Positions 26,451 to 39,509 of a DNA stretch of 64,000 bases are shown here, piece by piece. The stretch's first letter is position 1. Every line of letters starts with the position of its first letter. This DNA comes from Chiloscyllium plagiosum. Taxonomy: Eukaryota. The stretch spans positions 8,690,727-8,754,726 of the forward strand of contig NC_057750.1 in assembly GCF_004010195.1 (NCBI RefSeq), in the 5' to 3' direction. The position numbers and the translations under genes are program-made. Below the pieces are notes generated by a model. The model saw nothing but the letters and a program-made list of their open reading frames with translations. It searched no databases and had not been told where the DNA came from.

Positions 26451-29013
26451 AAATGGATAATCTGTTATTTTTGTTGTTGATTGAGATATAAATATTGGTC
26501 TGGACACCCAGAGAGAAAACTTAAAAATTACTCTCTACATTCTTCTAAAACCACTTGATGGGGCAGATGGAGCGTCAGTTTAATGCCTTACCTGACACAG
26601 AGTACCTCCAATAGTGGAGCAATTTCTCAGTACGGCACTGGAGATCTTTGTACTAAAGCTCTAGAGTGGGATTTGAACCTGGAACCTTGTGACTTAGAGG
26701 CAAGAGTGCAACCAACTGAACTAAGACTGACAATAGGTGTCAAAAAGACAAAGAAGGAATAAAGTAGCTGCAAAATTGAAAGAGTTTCCACTTCAACAGA
26801 GATTTTAAATAATAGGCAACATCTTACTTTTGAGAGGCACTTTCTAATCTAAAATACTTTCCAAAAGCTCCAAAATCTCACTTAGGCTGAGGGCATTGAA
26901 AGTGTTAAGGACTTCACTGTTTCAGAAGAAAATGTATTTCCCTGCAAGGATCAGGGTCTCAGAAGCTGAGTTAGATAGACAGGCTCAAGCATGGTGTGCA
27001 TTCCTCCTAACCACCATGCAGAATGTCAGGGAATTAATTGACTATGATCTGAAGCGAAGCACATAAAGGCAGAGGTCAACCTCCTGTGTTTAATGGAAAA
27101 AAATGCTCCTGTACAACATGATGAAGGATCGTCGTCTCATTCCATATGAGTTCCATTTTCCCACTAAAACAACATCCTATATCATCCCAGGGAGCGATCC
27201 AAATGCAGATTGATATTAAAATTCTGTCTAGGCTGTGGCACTCCTGGTGAAGTCCAGATATTGGAGTTCCAGAGAAGATTGTACATTTTATGGGAACAGG
27301 AAGAGCAGAGTTTTCTCAAGTCTGCTCCACCATTCAATAAGGTAAAGACTGGTCTGCTTCTTAACTCTGTTTAGGCACTTTGGTTCCAAAAATAGTGCCC
27401 CATCTAACAAAAAAATGTCCAAACCTCAGTTTCAAAATATCCGATTACTCCCCAGACTCTGAAATTGCAGGGATGTGGAGTGAGACCATAGGTATAGGAG
27501 TAGAATTAGGCCATTCAGCCCATCAGGTCTGTTCCATCATTTGATCATGGCTAATAGAGTCATAGTCTTACAGCACAGAAACAGACCTTTGGTCCAACTT
27601 GTCCATGTTGATCAGGTTTCCTAAACTGAGTAAGTCCCATTTGCCTGCATTTGGCCTATATCCTTCTAAACCTTTCCTATTCATGTACCTCTCCAAATGT
27701 CTTTGAAATGCTGTAATTGTACTAATCTCTACCACTTCCTCTGACAGTTCATTTTACATATGAACTATCTTCTGTGTGAAAAGGTTGTCCTCAGGTCCCT
27801 TTTAAATCTTTCCCCTCTCGCCTTAAAACTTAGCCTTCTAGTTTTGGACTCACTTACTCTGGGGAAAAGACCTCAGCTATTCACTTTATCTATGTCTCTC
27901 ATGCTTTTGTAAACCTCTGCAAGGTCACACCTCAGCCTCCTACATTCCAAGGAAAAATGTCCCAGCCTCTCCCTATAATTCAAACCCTCCAGGACTGGCA
28001 ATATCTTTTTACATCTACTCTGTACTCTTTCCAGTTTAATAACATCCTCCTTCCTATAGCAGGACAACCAGACTGTTCACAGTACTCCAAAAGTGGCCTC
28101 ATCAGTGTCTTGTACAGCTGCAACTTGACATCTCAACTCCTGTACTCAGTGCTCTGACCAATGAAGGCAAACATGCCAAATGACTTCTTTACCACCCTGC
28201 CTCCTTGTGATACCACTTTCAAGGAACTATAAACCTGCACCTCGAGATCTCTCAGTTCAACAACAAATAGCCCCATTTACCACTCCTTAGTCCATTGGCC
28301 CAACTGATTAAGATCTCATTGTACTCTTAGATAACCTTCTTCACTGTCCATTATCCTACCAATTTTGGTGTCATCCACAAACTTACTAACCATGTCTCCT
28401 AAACTCACTTCCAAATAATTTAAATGACAAACAACAGTGGACCCAGCACTGATTCGTGTGGCACACCGCTAGTCACAGGCCTCCAATCCAAACAACAGCT
28501 CTCTACCATCACCCTCTATCTTCTACCATCCAGCTAATTTTGTATTGAATTAGCTAGCTGTCCCTGGATCCCATGTGATTGAACCTTACTAACCATTCTA
28601 CCACGTGGAATCTTGTTGGAGGCCTTGCAAAAGTCAATGTAGACAGCATCTACAACTCTGCTTTCATCTATCTTCTTGGTCATCCCTTCAAAAGACTCAA
28701 TCAAGTCTGAGACATGATTTCCCAGCACAAAATCGAACTGACTGTCCCTAATTAGCCCTTGTCTTTCCAAATGCATGTAAATCCTGTCTCTCAGAATCCC
28801 CTCCAATAACTTGCACTCCATTGATGTCAGGTTTACTGATCTAAAGTTTCCTGGCTTTTTCTTGCAGCCTTTCTTATATACTGGCACAACATTAGCCACT
28901 CTCCAGTCTTCCTGGCACCTCACCTGTGTCAGTTTGTGATCCAAATGTCACTGCTAGGGCCTAGCAATTTCTTCCCTAGCTTCCCACAATATCCTGGGAT
29001 ACACCTGATCAGG

Positions 29014-29207
29014 TTCTGGATCAGTGGTGCTGGAAGAGCACAGCAATTCAGGCAGCATTCGAGGACAGGCAAAATCAACGTTTCGGGCAAAAGCCCCGAA
29101 ACGTCGATTTTGCCTGTCCTCGGATGCTGCCTGAATTGCTGTGCTCTTCCAGCACCACTGATCCAGAATCTGGTTTCCAGCATCTGCAGTCATTGTTTTT
29201 ACCTCTT
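29014..29207 (+). mobile_element. Fold-back short PLE insertion with 15-bp TSD (tacacctgatcaggt at 29000-29014 and 29208-29222)
   Basis: ~75-bp near-perfect inverted arms of PLE terminal sequence. Confidence 0.88.
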
Positions 29208-29730
29208 TACACCTGATCAGGTGCCAGGAACTTTTCTATGTTTATGTGTTTTAAGACCTCCTCTTCTGTAATGTAGACTCTTTTCAAATCATCACAATTT
29301 ACTTATCCAAGTTCCATAGCTTCCATACCTTTGTCCACAGCAAATACTGACCCAAAATATTTGTTCAATATCTCACCCACCTCCACACATAGACAGCTTC
29401 TTTGATCATAAGGGGCCCTTTTTCTCTTCCTAGTTACTCAACCCCATTCCCCTGCTTTCTTCCCATAACTCTTGATCCCCTTACCACGCTCAAATACACT
29501 CAATGACTTGACCTCCACAACCCTCTGTGACAGTGAGAAATTCCTCCTCATCTCAGTTCTAAAGGTTTGTCTGTTCACTCTGAGGCTGTACCTTCTGGTC
29601 TTACTCTTTCCTACTAGTTGGAGCATTGTCTCCACGTCCATTCTATCAAGGCCTCTCAGTATTCTGTAAGTTTCAATCAAATCCGCCCTCATCCTCAAAA
29701 CTTAATTGAGTATAGACTCAGTGTCCTCAA

Positions 29731-30053
29731 CCACGGTGGCACAGTGTTTAGCACTGCTGCCTCACAGCGCCAGAGACCCGGGTTCAATTCCCGCCTCAGG
29801 CAACTGACTGTGTGGAGTTTGCATGTTCTCCCCGTGTCTGCGTGGGTTTCCTCCGGGTGCTCCGGTTTCCTCCCACAGTCCAAAGATGTGCAACTCAGGT
29901 GAATTGGCCATGCTAAATTGCCCATATTGTTAGGTAAGGGGTAAATGTAGGGGTATGGGTGGGTTGCGCTTCGGCGGGTCGGTGTGGACTTGTTGGGCCG
30001 AAGGGCCTGTTTCCACACTGTAATGTAATCTAATCTAATGTAATCTAATCTAA
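29731..30053 (+). mobile_element. HE1-type SINE, young, (TAATC)n tail
   Basis: HE1 head and core with CpGs retained; near-identical to 30400-30725. Confidence 0.93.
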
Positions 30054-30399
30054 TATGACAAGCTCTTTATCCCCACGATCATTCTTGTAAGCCTCTTCTG
30101 GACCCCCTCCAATGCCAGCACATCCTTCTTTGGATAGGGGGCCCAAAACTGTGTCCAGTATTTCAAATGTAGTCTGACCAGAGCCTTATACAGCAGCAGC
30201 AGTTTATCTCTACTCTTGCATCATAGTCCTGTCGAAATTAATGCTAACATTGCATTTGCAGTCCGAACCATCATCTGAACCTGCATATAAACTTGATGAG
30301 AATCCTGAACTAGGACTCCCAAGTCCTTTTGTGTTTCAGATTTCCGAAGCGTTTCCCTATTTAGAAAATAGTCTACACCTCTAACGTACCTACCAAAGT

Positions 30400-30725
30400 G
30401 GGCGGCACGGTGGCACAGTGGTTAGCACTGCTGCCTCACAGCACCAGAGACCCGGGTTCAATTCCCGCCTCAGGCGACTGACTGTGTGGAGTTTGCACGT
30501 TCTCCCCGTGTCTGTGTGGGTTTCCTCCGGGTGCTCCGGTTTCCTCCCACCATCCAAAGATGTGCAGGGTCAGGTGAATTGGCCATACTAAATTGCCTGT
30601 AGTGTTAGGTAAGGGGTAAATGTAGGGGTAGGGGTGGGTTTCGCTTCGGCGGGTCGGTGTGGACTTGTTGGGCCGAAGGGCCTGTTTCCACACTGTAATC
30701 TAATCTAATCTAATCTAATCTAATC
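30400..30725 (+). mobile_element. HE1-type SINE, full length, young, (TAATC)n tail
   Basis: gggcggcacggtggcacagtggttagcactgctgcctcacag..ggttcaattccc (A/B boxes). Confidence 0.94.
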
Positions 30726-31467
30726 ATAACCTCACACTTTTCCACATTGCATACCATCTACCACTTCTTTACTTACTTGCCTCGTATGTCCAAGACATTT
30801 TGCAGCTTCCCTGCAATCTCCACACTACCTGTCCCTCTGTCTTTGTGTCGTTTGCAAACTTAGCAACAATGCCCTCGGTTCCTTTGTTTAGGTAGCTAAT
30901 ATATATCATGATTAGTTAAGTGTCAGTATTGGGACCATGTAGAACTTTAGTAGTCACTAGTTGAGAGAAAGTTGTAGATTTCCACTTTCTTTAATTAAAT
31001 AAGAGTTTCCTGACATAATCCCTAAACAAAATTGGTTCTAATTTTAAACTCCGTTATAGCCAAAGAGTCATACATTACAGAAGAACTCTTTGGCACATCA
31101 AGTCTTTGCCGATCTATCTAAAATCTCATTTTCCTGCATTAGGCCCATAGCCTTCAATGTTATGACACTGAGTGCTCAATCATGTACATTTTAAAGGTTG
31201 TGAGGTTACCCGCCTCAACTACCTTCCCTGCTATGGAACTCCCAAGTAGAAGAAATAGTTTTTCTTCTACAGCATCAAGTCCTTTTCTCATCAGTTGGGT
31301 CAAGCCTCAAGAATATAGGAAGAGGGGTTCGCTATTCAGCTTGTCGAGCCTGCTTCACCATTTATTATGATCTTGGCTGATTAAATATTCCACTGCCTTA
31401 TACCCACATCAGCCCTTTACACAATAATAAATGAAAATCTATCAACCTGTACTTTAAACATACTCAA

Positions 31468-31828
31468 AGGGTGGCATGGTGACTCTGTGGTTAGCACTGC
31501 TGCCTCACAGAGCAAGGGATCCAAGTTCGATTCCAACCTTGGGCGACTGTCTGTGTGGAGTTGTCCCTGTGTCTGCATGGTTTTCTGGCGGGTGCTGCAG
31601 TTTCCTCCCACAATCCAGAGATGAGCAGGTTAGGTGCATTGGCCATGCTAAATTGCCCATGGGGTTCAGGGATGTGTAGTTTAGAATCATTAGCCTTGGG
31701 ATATTCAGGGTTATAGGGATAGGGTAGAGGGGGTAGGTATCGCTAGGATGTTCTTCGGAGGAATGGACGTTTTGTGCCGAATGACCTGTTTCCACACTGT
31801 CAATTCTGTGATATCTATGATTCTATGA
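31468..31828 (+). mobile_element. HE1-type SINE (older), inside a CR1 fragment
   Basis: Diverged HE1 head, core and tail. Confidence 0.85.
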
Positions 31829-32734
31829 CTGAGCTTCCACAGCCTTCTGGTGAAGAGGATTCCAAAAATTAGCCCCCTGCTGAGTAAAACATTTCTCTTC
31901 ATCTCAGTCCTAAATGGAATCCTCCTTGTTTTTTTAGGTTATGTCACCTTGTTCTAGACTCTGTAACCAGGGAAAGCAAAGCCTCCAGTCAAAAGACAAT
32001 ACAAGCCGAGTCTATGAAAGATCACAATACAAATCCAAATCAAATCCACGCTGTCAAATCCCTTCAGATATGATGTTCAGAATATGGATATACGGATATT
32101 TGGTGATGCCAAGTCAGCTTATATAAATGAAAATGTTATATTTCTTGCCTCCCACTTTGTGGAAAAAAAACTTCCCAACTGTGACCATGTAAGGGTGTGA
32201 CACCCTTGGAAAGACTTGAAAACATCTCTGTTTTTATTCCTTTTTAAGCCTCTGTTGTGACTCTGCCCTTGGAAGTAAGCACTCAGCTTTTGGTTTTAGT
32301 TAGTGGAAATGCATCATCCTGCTTTAAAATTCTGGGGCTGATCAGTTTTAGGACTCCGACCTCACAAACAGCACAATAAAATTTAATCCTGATGGACACA
32401 GAGGCAGCCTTTCTAAGGAGTGTTATGCTGGGATCAAACTCTCTGTGACTTCAGGTAAAAAACATTCCCTATTTTAGATTCTGTCCTGCAGCCCATTTCA
32501 TCTTCCAATCAAGTGACCCACCACATGCAACAAAAATGGATTTCTAAGTTACTTTTGTCCAGAAAGACCTTTGGCTATTGTGCAGAATTTAGAGCACAGA
32601 GGATCATACACAGCAACATTGTTAAATCAAGAATTGAAAGTAATGGGAGTAAATCTGTTAAAGGAATTTAGATTCTCTAGAATGGAAACTGGTTTAGTCC
32701 ATTGCAGTCATTTATAGAGAGAATGACTGGGCTG

Positions 32735-32955
32735 GTATTGGTCCATTGGAATTGTGTATAACGGGAGTGAATGGGAAGGATTGAGGTCCTTTGAGATTAT
32801 GTACAATAGGAGAGAATGGGGAGGTGTTTGGGTCCATGGGGATTGTCGATACAATGGGAGTGAATGTGAAGGGATTTGGGTCCATGGGAATTGTGTACAA
32901 TAGGAGTGAATCAGAAGGGGTTTGGGTTAGTCAGGATTGTGTACAGTGTGTGAAA
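32735..32955. repeat. Minisatellite, ~45-48 bp unit, ~4.5 copies
   Basis: Repeated ggtccatgggaattgtgtacaataggagtgaatg..ggatttg. Confidence 0.85.
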
Positions 32956-32999
32956 ATGATAGAGCTGGGCAGGTTTGTCCCACTGAGGTAGGGCTCTCT

Positions 33000-34825
33000 A
33001 AAGGGTTACGAGGTAATCAGGAAGGAACTGAAGAATGGACTTAGGAGAGCTAGAAGGGGACATGAAAAGGTGTTAGCAGGCAGGATTAAGGAAAAACCTA
33101 AGGAATTCTACACTTATGTGAGGAACAAAAGGATGGCCAGAGTGAGGGTAGGGCCGATCAGGGATAGTGTGCCTGGAGTTGGAGGAGGTAGGTGAGGTCC
33201 TTAATGAATACTTTGCTTCAGTATTCACTACTGAGAGGGACTTTGCCGTTTCTAAGCACAGCTTGAAACCGACTGATATGCTCGAACAGATTGATGTTAG
33301 AAAGGAGGATGTGCTGAAAATGTTGAAATTCATGAGGATAGATAAATAACCTGGGCCAGATGGGATACACCCTAGGTTACTACAGCAAGCGAAGGAAGAG
33401 ATTGCTGTTGATCTTTGTGTCCTCACTGTCCACTGGAGTAGTGCCAGATGATTGGAGGGTGGCAAATGTCACTCCCTTGTTCAAGATAGGGAACAGGGAT
33501 AATCCTGGGAATTACAGACCAATCCGTCTCAAGTCTGTGGTGGGTAAAGTATTGGAGAAGATTCTAAGAGACAGGATTTATGATTACTTGGAAAACCATA
33601 GTTTGATTAGAGATAGTCAGCATGGCTTTGTGAGGGGCATGTCATGCCTCACAAACTTTATTGTATTCTTTGAGGATGTGACAAAAAACATTAATGAAGG
33701 TAGAGCAATGGATGGGTTTTAGCAAGGCATTTGATAAGGTTGCCCATGGAAGGCTCATTCTGAAAGTAAGGAGGCATGGGATACAGCGAAATCTGGCTGT
33801 CTGGACAGAGAATTGGCTGGTCCATAAAAGACAATGTGTGGTGGTAGGTGGAAAGTATTCAGCCTGGAGTTCGGTGACCAATGGTGTTCCACAGGGATCA
33901 GTTCTGGGACCTCTGTTCTTTGTGATTTTTATAAATGACTTGGATGAGGAAGTGGAAGGGTGGGTTAGTAAGTTGGCCGATGACACGAAGGTTGGTGGAG
34001 TGGTAGATAGTATGGAGGGCTGTTGTAGGTTGCAACGGAACATTGACAGGATGCAGAACTGGGCTGATAAGTGGCAGATGGAATTCAACTTGGAAAAGTG
34101 TGAAGTTTGGAAGGTCGAATTTGAATGTAGAATACAGGGTTTAAGGCAAGATTTTTGGCAGTGTGGAAGAACAGCACGATCTTGAGGTCCATGTCTACAG
34201 ATCCTCAAAGTTGCCACCCAAGATGATAGGGTTGTCAAGAAGGCATGTAGTGTGTTGGCTTTCATTAGCAGAGGAATTGAGTTTAAGAGTCACGAGGTTA
34301 TGCTGCAGCTCTATAGAGCCTTGGTTAGACTTGGAATATTGTGTTCAGTTCTGGTCACCTCATAGGAAGGATGTGGAAACTTTAGAGACAGTGCAGAGGA
34401 GACTTACCAGGATGCTGCCTAGACTGGAGGGCATGTCTTATGAAGAAAGGTTTGAGGGAGCTAGGGCTTTTCTCATTGGAGCAAAGAAGGATAAGAGGTG
34501 ACTTGATAGAGGTGTACAAGGTGATGAGATGTAAAAAATAGAGTGGATGCCCAGAGACTTTTTCCAAGGACGGAAATAGCTATCATAAGGGGGGATAATT
34601 TTACTATGATAGCTGGAAGATTTAGGGGAAATGTCAGAGGTAAGTTCTTTACACAGATAGTGGTGGGTGCATGGAATGCACTGCCAGCAGTGGTAACAAG
34701 AGTCAGATATATTAGGGACATTTAAGCAACTCTTGGGTAAGCACATGTTAGTATGATCTTAGAGTAAGATAAAAGGTCAGCACAACATTGAGGGCAGAAG
34801 GGCCTGTACTGTTTTATGTTCTATG
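33000..34825 (+). mobile_element. CR1 LINE, 5'-truncated, frameshifted RT
   Basis: ORFs 33360..33722 and 33694..34185 (KAFDKVAH, GVPQGSVLGP, LADDTK) and 34163..34501. Confidence 0.93.
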
Positions 34826-37800
34826 TTTTCCTTGTAGGAGAGAAGGCTGAGGGAAGATTTGATTTGATACTCAAAATCATGAGAGGTCTGGACAGACCAA
34901 ATAGGGAAAAGCTTTTTCTATTTGTGAAAGCATTGAGAATGAGGTGACATAAATTTAAAATAATTGGTAAAAGAAGTACCAACAACATGAGAAAAAATAT
35001 TATCACACCGAGTCATTAGGTTCTGGAATGAGCTGCCTGAGAGTCTGGTGAAAGTAGGATCAGTTGAGGCTTTCAGAAGGGAATGAAACTGTTACCTGAA
35101 AAGGAAGCATGTGTAGGGTTCCAGGGAGAACTGATTTACTGCTTTCTCAGAAAACCAGTGCAGACACGATGGGCTGAATGGGCTCCTCATGCACTGTGGC
35201 AATTCCATGATCTGTACTATTCATGTCTGTCCATAATTTATGAGGTGAACAAAAAATGTCCAGAGGAACAGGGGTTGGAAGATCAGTGCCACCCTTGTTA
35301 TGTGCTACCCTGCTATATCTGCTCAAGGACAGCCAGTAGTGTTCCACAGGGATCAGTTCTGGGACCTATGTTCTTTGTGATTTTTATAAATGACTTGGAT
35401 GAGGAAGTGGAAGGGTGGGATAGTGAGTTGGTTGAACAGCCCATCATACAGTTCTTGGCATCAATATGGCTCGTTTTATTATCTGCACGTAGATACAAGG
35501 AATGAATAAGAAGAAAGTGCACGACCATGCAATCTTTTATTATTCTTTTTATTTTAATTTCAAGAACTAATTAAAGATTTATAAGAATTATGAGAGAAAA
35601 TATGAACTACAAAGCTTATAGCCTCCAGCAGTCCAAATTCTGCAGTACAGCTGCAGGCTCTTAAAATGGAATTCGTCCAGTTCTTTTTCTAGACAGTCAT
35701 GATGGTCCTAGCTTAGAAGGGCTGAGGCAGACTTAATTCCAACAAGGTAATCCTGACTTTTTCGCAGAGAATGCTCTCCCCTCCCCATTTCATCACCATC
35801 TCTCCCCAAAAACACTTCAGTGTCCTCCTTAATCCTAAAATTCACAGAATCTTGCAACATGAGGCCATTCAGCACATTGTGCCTGTGCTTTCTTTCTGAA
35901 GCAGTTATTCAGTTGGTCCCACCGCCTACTGAGCACTGAGAATTTATCCTTTTCAAGTATTCCGTCTTCAATGTTTTAAAGGGAAAAAAGACTTGTAATT
36001 AAAAAGTGCTTTTCATGAACCCATAATGTTCCAAAGTGCTTTCCAGTTAATTAAGTACTCTTAAGTAAGATCATAAGAAAAAGGAACATGAGTAGGTCAT
36101 TCTACCTCTTGAGCCTTGCTCTCCTACTCTTGGTTAATTCAACATTCCTCATGTCCACTTTCCTGATCTTTCCCTATAACCCTCGATTCCCCGACTGATC
36201 AAGACTCTATCTGTCTCAGTACAGCCACTATTGTAATGTAGGAAATACAGCAGCCAATTAGCACACAGCAAGCTCCCACAAAAAAAAGTCTGATTATGAT
36301 CTGCTATTTTTGTATGTTGATTGAGGGATATATTTACAAACCTAGATAGTGGGGAGAAATTCGCTACGTATCATCAAAGTAGCGCCATGAGTTATTTTAA
36401 ATCCATCCAGGCAGGCAGGCGGTGTAATGTCTCATCTGAAAGATAGCATCTTTAACATGCAGCACACCCTCAGAACTGCAGAGTAAAGCCAACCTTGATA
36501 TGTGTGCTCAATTCCTGGAACTCAGATCTTTGTGACTGAGAAGTATATTTGATGACCACTGGGTCATGACTAATTGTAAGACATTTTCAGACCAGATGTA
36601 GAAATAACAGTAGACCATTTGGCCCCTTGAGCCTGCTCCCCTATTCAGTACAACTTAAGGAAAAATCCAAACATTTTTCTATCTCTGACTTGAATACACC
36701 AAAGTCTGTCCTTTCCCAGCTTTCTATTGGTAGAGTAGCATTGATTTTTTCTTTCCCAGTTAGAGCTTAAGGCAGTCTTCCAGATTCTGGCAGCAATTTG
36801 TTGTTGCACTCAGAACTATTGAGTACAACTTTGAATTTAGAGAGCACCCTTTCAGGACAGAGATATGGGGAAATCTTTCCACTGAGAGAACTGTGTGACT
36901 TTGGATGTCTTTCTCAGAAAGGAGTTGGAGGTGGGGAACATTGGATATTTTAAAAATCGAAGTAGATTGTATCTTGTTAGCCAGTAAATCTGTTGTTATC
37001 AGAGAGGGAGAAAGAAATGTGGAATTTGAAATAGGTTATTGAATAGCCCAACAGGCGCGAGAGGCAGTTTGGTCTGCTTCTGCTCCTACTTCAGATGTTT
37101 GCACATTTTCCCCCATCATCCTCACTCCAATGAGTGGTGTTAGAGACTGTTCAACTCTGGGCGGATCACAGCCAATCTAGGTGCTAACCTCTCAAAAGAC
37201 ATCCACTGTACACCTTCCAGTGAGGAGATGGAAAGCTGTCCAAGTAATAATTGGGATGAATTTTCCCTCTTAGAATGGACAGTGTAGCTACATCTACAAA
37301 TGGCACTATGGCTGAGATTAAAAGATACTCAACACAGTGCACTGACTAAAACCGTTCCATAACTCATCCCAAAATGTATAAAATCCCAATGACCACCAAG
37401 ATGATCCGTTTGCTGGGCTCCCTGCCATACAAAACAAAAGCAATTCACACCAGGTTTCAGTAGCAGACAAGTTACTAAATTTATTATAACCCACTTAACA
37501 AAAAAAAGGGTAAAGAAAGGATCTGTAATCTATACACTCCTTCAAAAACCACAAATGTACACACACACACACTCAATCATGATTAAGACAGAGAAAAGAT
37601 TGACGATTGAACACATACTATTAGTGGAAAAAGAATTTTGACAGGGTAAAAATAATTCTGAAGATCACATCTCCAAATTTTAAATGTGGGTTAAACTACA
37701 CACAGTCCTTTAGCTTTTCAGCATCAATACATACTGTTGTTTGTAGGGTGATGGTCATTGTTCATTTTGATGGTTGGTCCAGTGGTTCTGGATTTTTTCC

Positions 37801-37858
37801 TGTTAGAATTCTTTCATTTAAGATTTTTATGTTTCTTTTCTTGACTTTTTGCCACGTG

Positions 37859-37859
<1 letters not shown>

Positions 37860-37885
<26 letters not shown>
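37860..37885. repeat. (GA)n microsatellite
   Basis: Directly visible. Confidence 0.9.
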
Positions 37886-37890
<5 letters not shown>

Positions 37891-38384
37891 TTTCTATTTG
37901 CAGGCTCTGGATGTTTCTCTTTCTATTGCCCTGGCACTTACAGCATTTAACACACTGCAGATCAACCAATCAAAGGAATGTTGTCAAACAGAATTTCCTT
38001 AACTTATATTCGGTCAAATTCGGTCTCAAATTCTGCGGCCCCACCCTACGCTTCAAAAAGCAACATTTTAGTACACAGCTTGAAAATATGTAGCACTTCA
38101 ATTTCAAGTTGCAAGTCTCTTGTGGTATTTCACCTGTCTAGTAGTCCAATAACAATTTCATTTTATGGAAAAGAAGATTTTGCAGTTCCGTATGCCAGCA
38201 AAGGCAGCATGGTCCAGCTCCCAAGAAGCCGTGGTTACAGACTAACATCGGGCAACTTAGTTTATTAAGAAATGTCCTAAGTCCTGTTCTTTAAAAAGAA
38301 TTTCCTACTTATTATATTGAGTACACAGAATCTCAGTTATACTATTCACATTGCCCATACCCTCTGTTTCCTTGGTATGACTGG

Positions 38385-38930
38385 CTAGCATTCATTGCCC
38401 ATCCCTAATTGCCCCTTGTGAAGGTGGTGGTTAGCTGTCTTCTTGAGTCACTGTAGTCCATGTGATATCTGACTGTGCTGTTAGGGTGTACGTTCAAGGA
38501 TTTTGAACCAGCAGCGCTGAAGGGATATTTCCAATTTGGGGTAGTCTGTGTCTTGGAGGAGAAATTGGGGATAGTGGTGATCCCATGTATCTGCTGCCAT
38601 TGTCCTGGATGTTGTGGGCTTAGAACTGCTGTTGACAGAGTCTTCAAATTTATGACTGCAATAAATCTTGTAGATGGTAAACACTACTTCTACTGAGCAT
38701 CGGTGATGGAGGGAGTGAATGTTAAAGGTGGTGGATGGTGAGATGATCAGCGGGGCTGCTTTGTCCTAGATGGTGTCACCTTTCTTGAGTGTTGTTGGAG
38801 CTGTACTGATCCAGGCAAATGGGGCGTATTCCATCACACTCCTCACTTGTGCCTTGTAGATGGCGGATCAGGTTTTTGGGAGACCAGAGATGAGTTACTC
38901 AGTGCAGGATCACTAGTTTATCACTTGCCT
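38385..38930 (-). mobile_element. Old LINE 3' fragment, same family as 1080-2220 (also 41355-41585)
   Basis: Shared tail ttgcccatccctaattgcccc..gaaggtggtggttagctg and shared internal sequence. Confidence 0.7.
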
Positions 38931-39509
38931 TTTTTTTGCTGTTTCGACAACTTTATGTGATTGTGCATTAAACATTCTCATCACTCTCTTTGGAAAAGAA
39001 ATTCCTCCAAAATTCTTGATTTGCTAGTGACTATTCAATATTATTTTATATTTATGTTTTGCACTCCTTAAGTTCAAGTTACACCAGTTTCCCTGCACTC
39101 ACCCTAATTATAAACAGCTTTATCAGATAGCTTCTTTTTATCTCTTTCCCGGGGAAAAAAAGCCCCTTCCCATAGAATCTTTCCTCACAGTCACACTAAC
39201 TCAATCCTGGAAGCATCCTGGTTAATTCTCTTTGCACTCTCTCCATTTTCAAGTAATGTGCAGTGTTCCAGGTACTCTAACCGAGCTCCCAAGTAAATTT
39301 AACAATATTTGCCCCCACGCAACTCTTGCTTTTGTAGTTTCTTCTTCGCATGAAGGATTCCAGAACATTTCAGAGAAATCCAATAACCACAAGTCTTTTT
39401 CCTTTGAGGGGTTTTGTAAGGAAATTGTAGCTTTAAGTTCAATCCAGGTTTTTGAAAACAAAATTCTGCTAAGATGTAAATTTACAGATCTTGCAAGGTC
39501 AGTACAATC

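Larger units (their letters stand above)
27490..30960 (-). mobile_element. Nested CR1 cluster: a HER1-type CR1 (~27556-29430) inside another CR1 (27490-27555 plus 29436-30960), with further PLE and HE1 insertions
   Basis: ORFs 28534..28944 (DWRVANVVPVYKKG..PGNFR), 27873..28067 and 29438..29698. The host 3' UTR resumes at 29436 (ctcaaccccattc). Confidence 0.85.

Noticed and set aside
30400..30475. tRNA gene
   Set aside because: A/B boxes belong to the HE1 SINE head; no complete cloverleaf.
29695..30693. Duplicated short ORFs MWKQALRPNKSTPTRR
   Set aside because: Antisense translations of two HE1 SINE copies.
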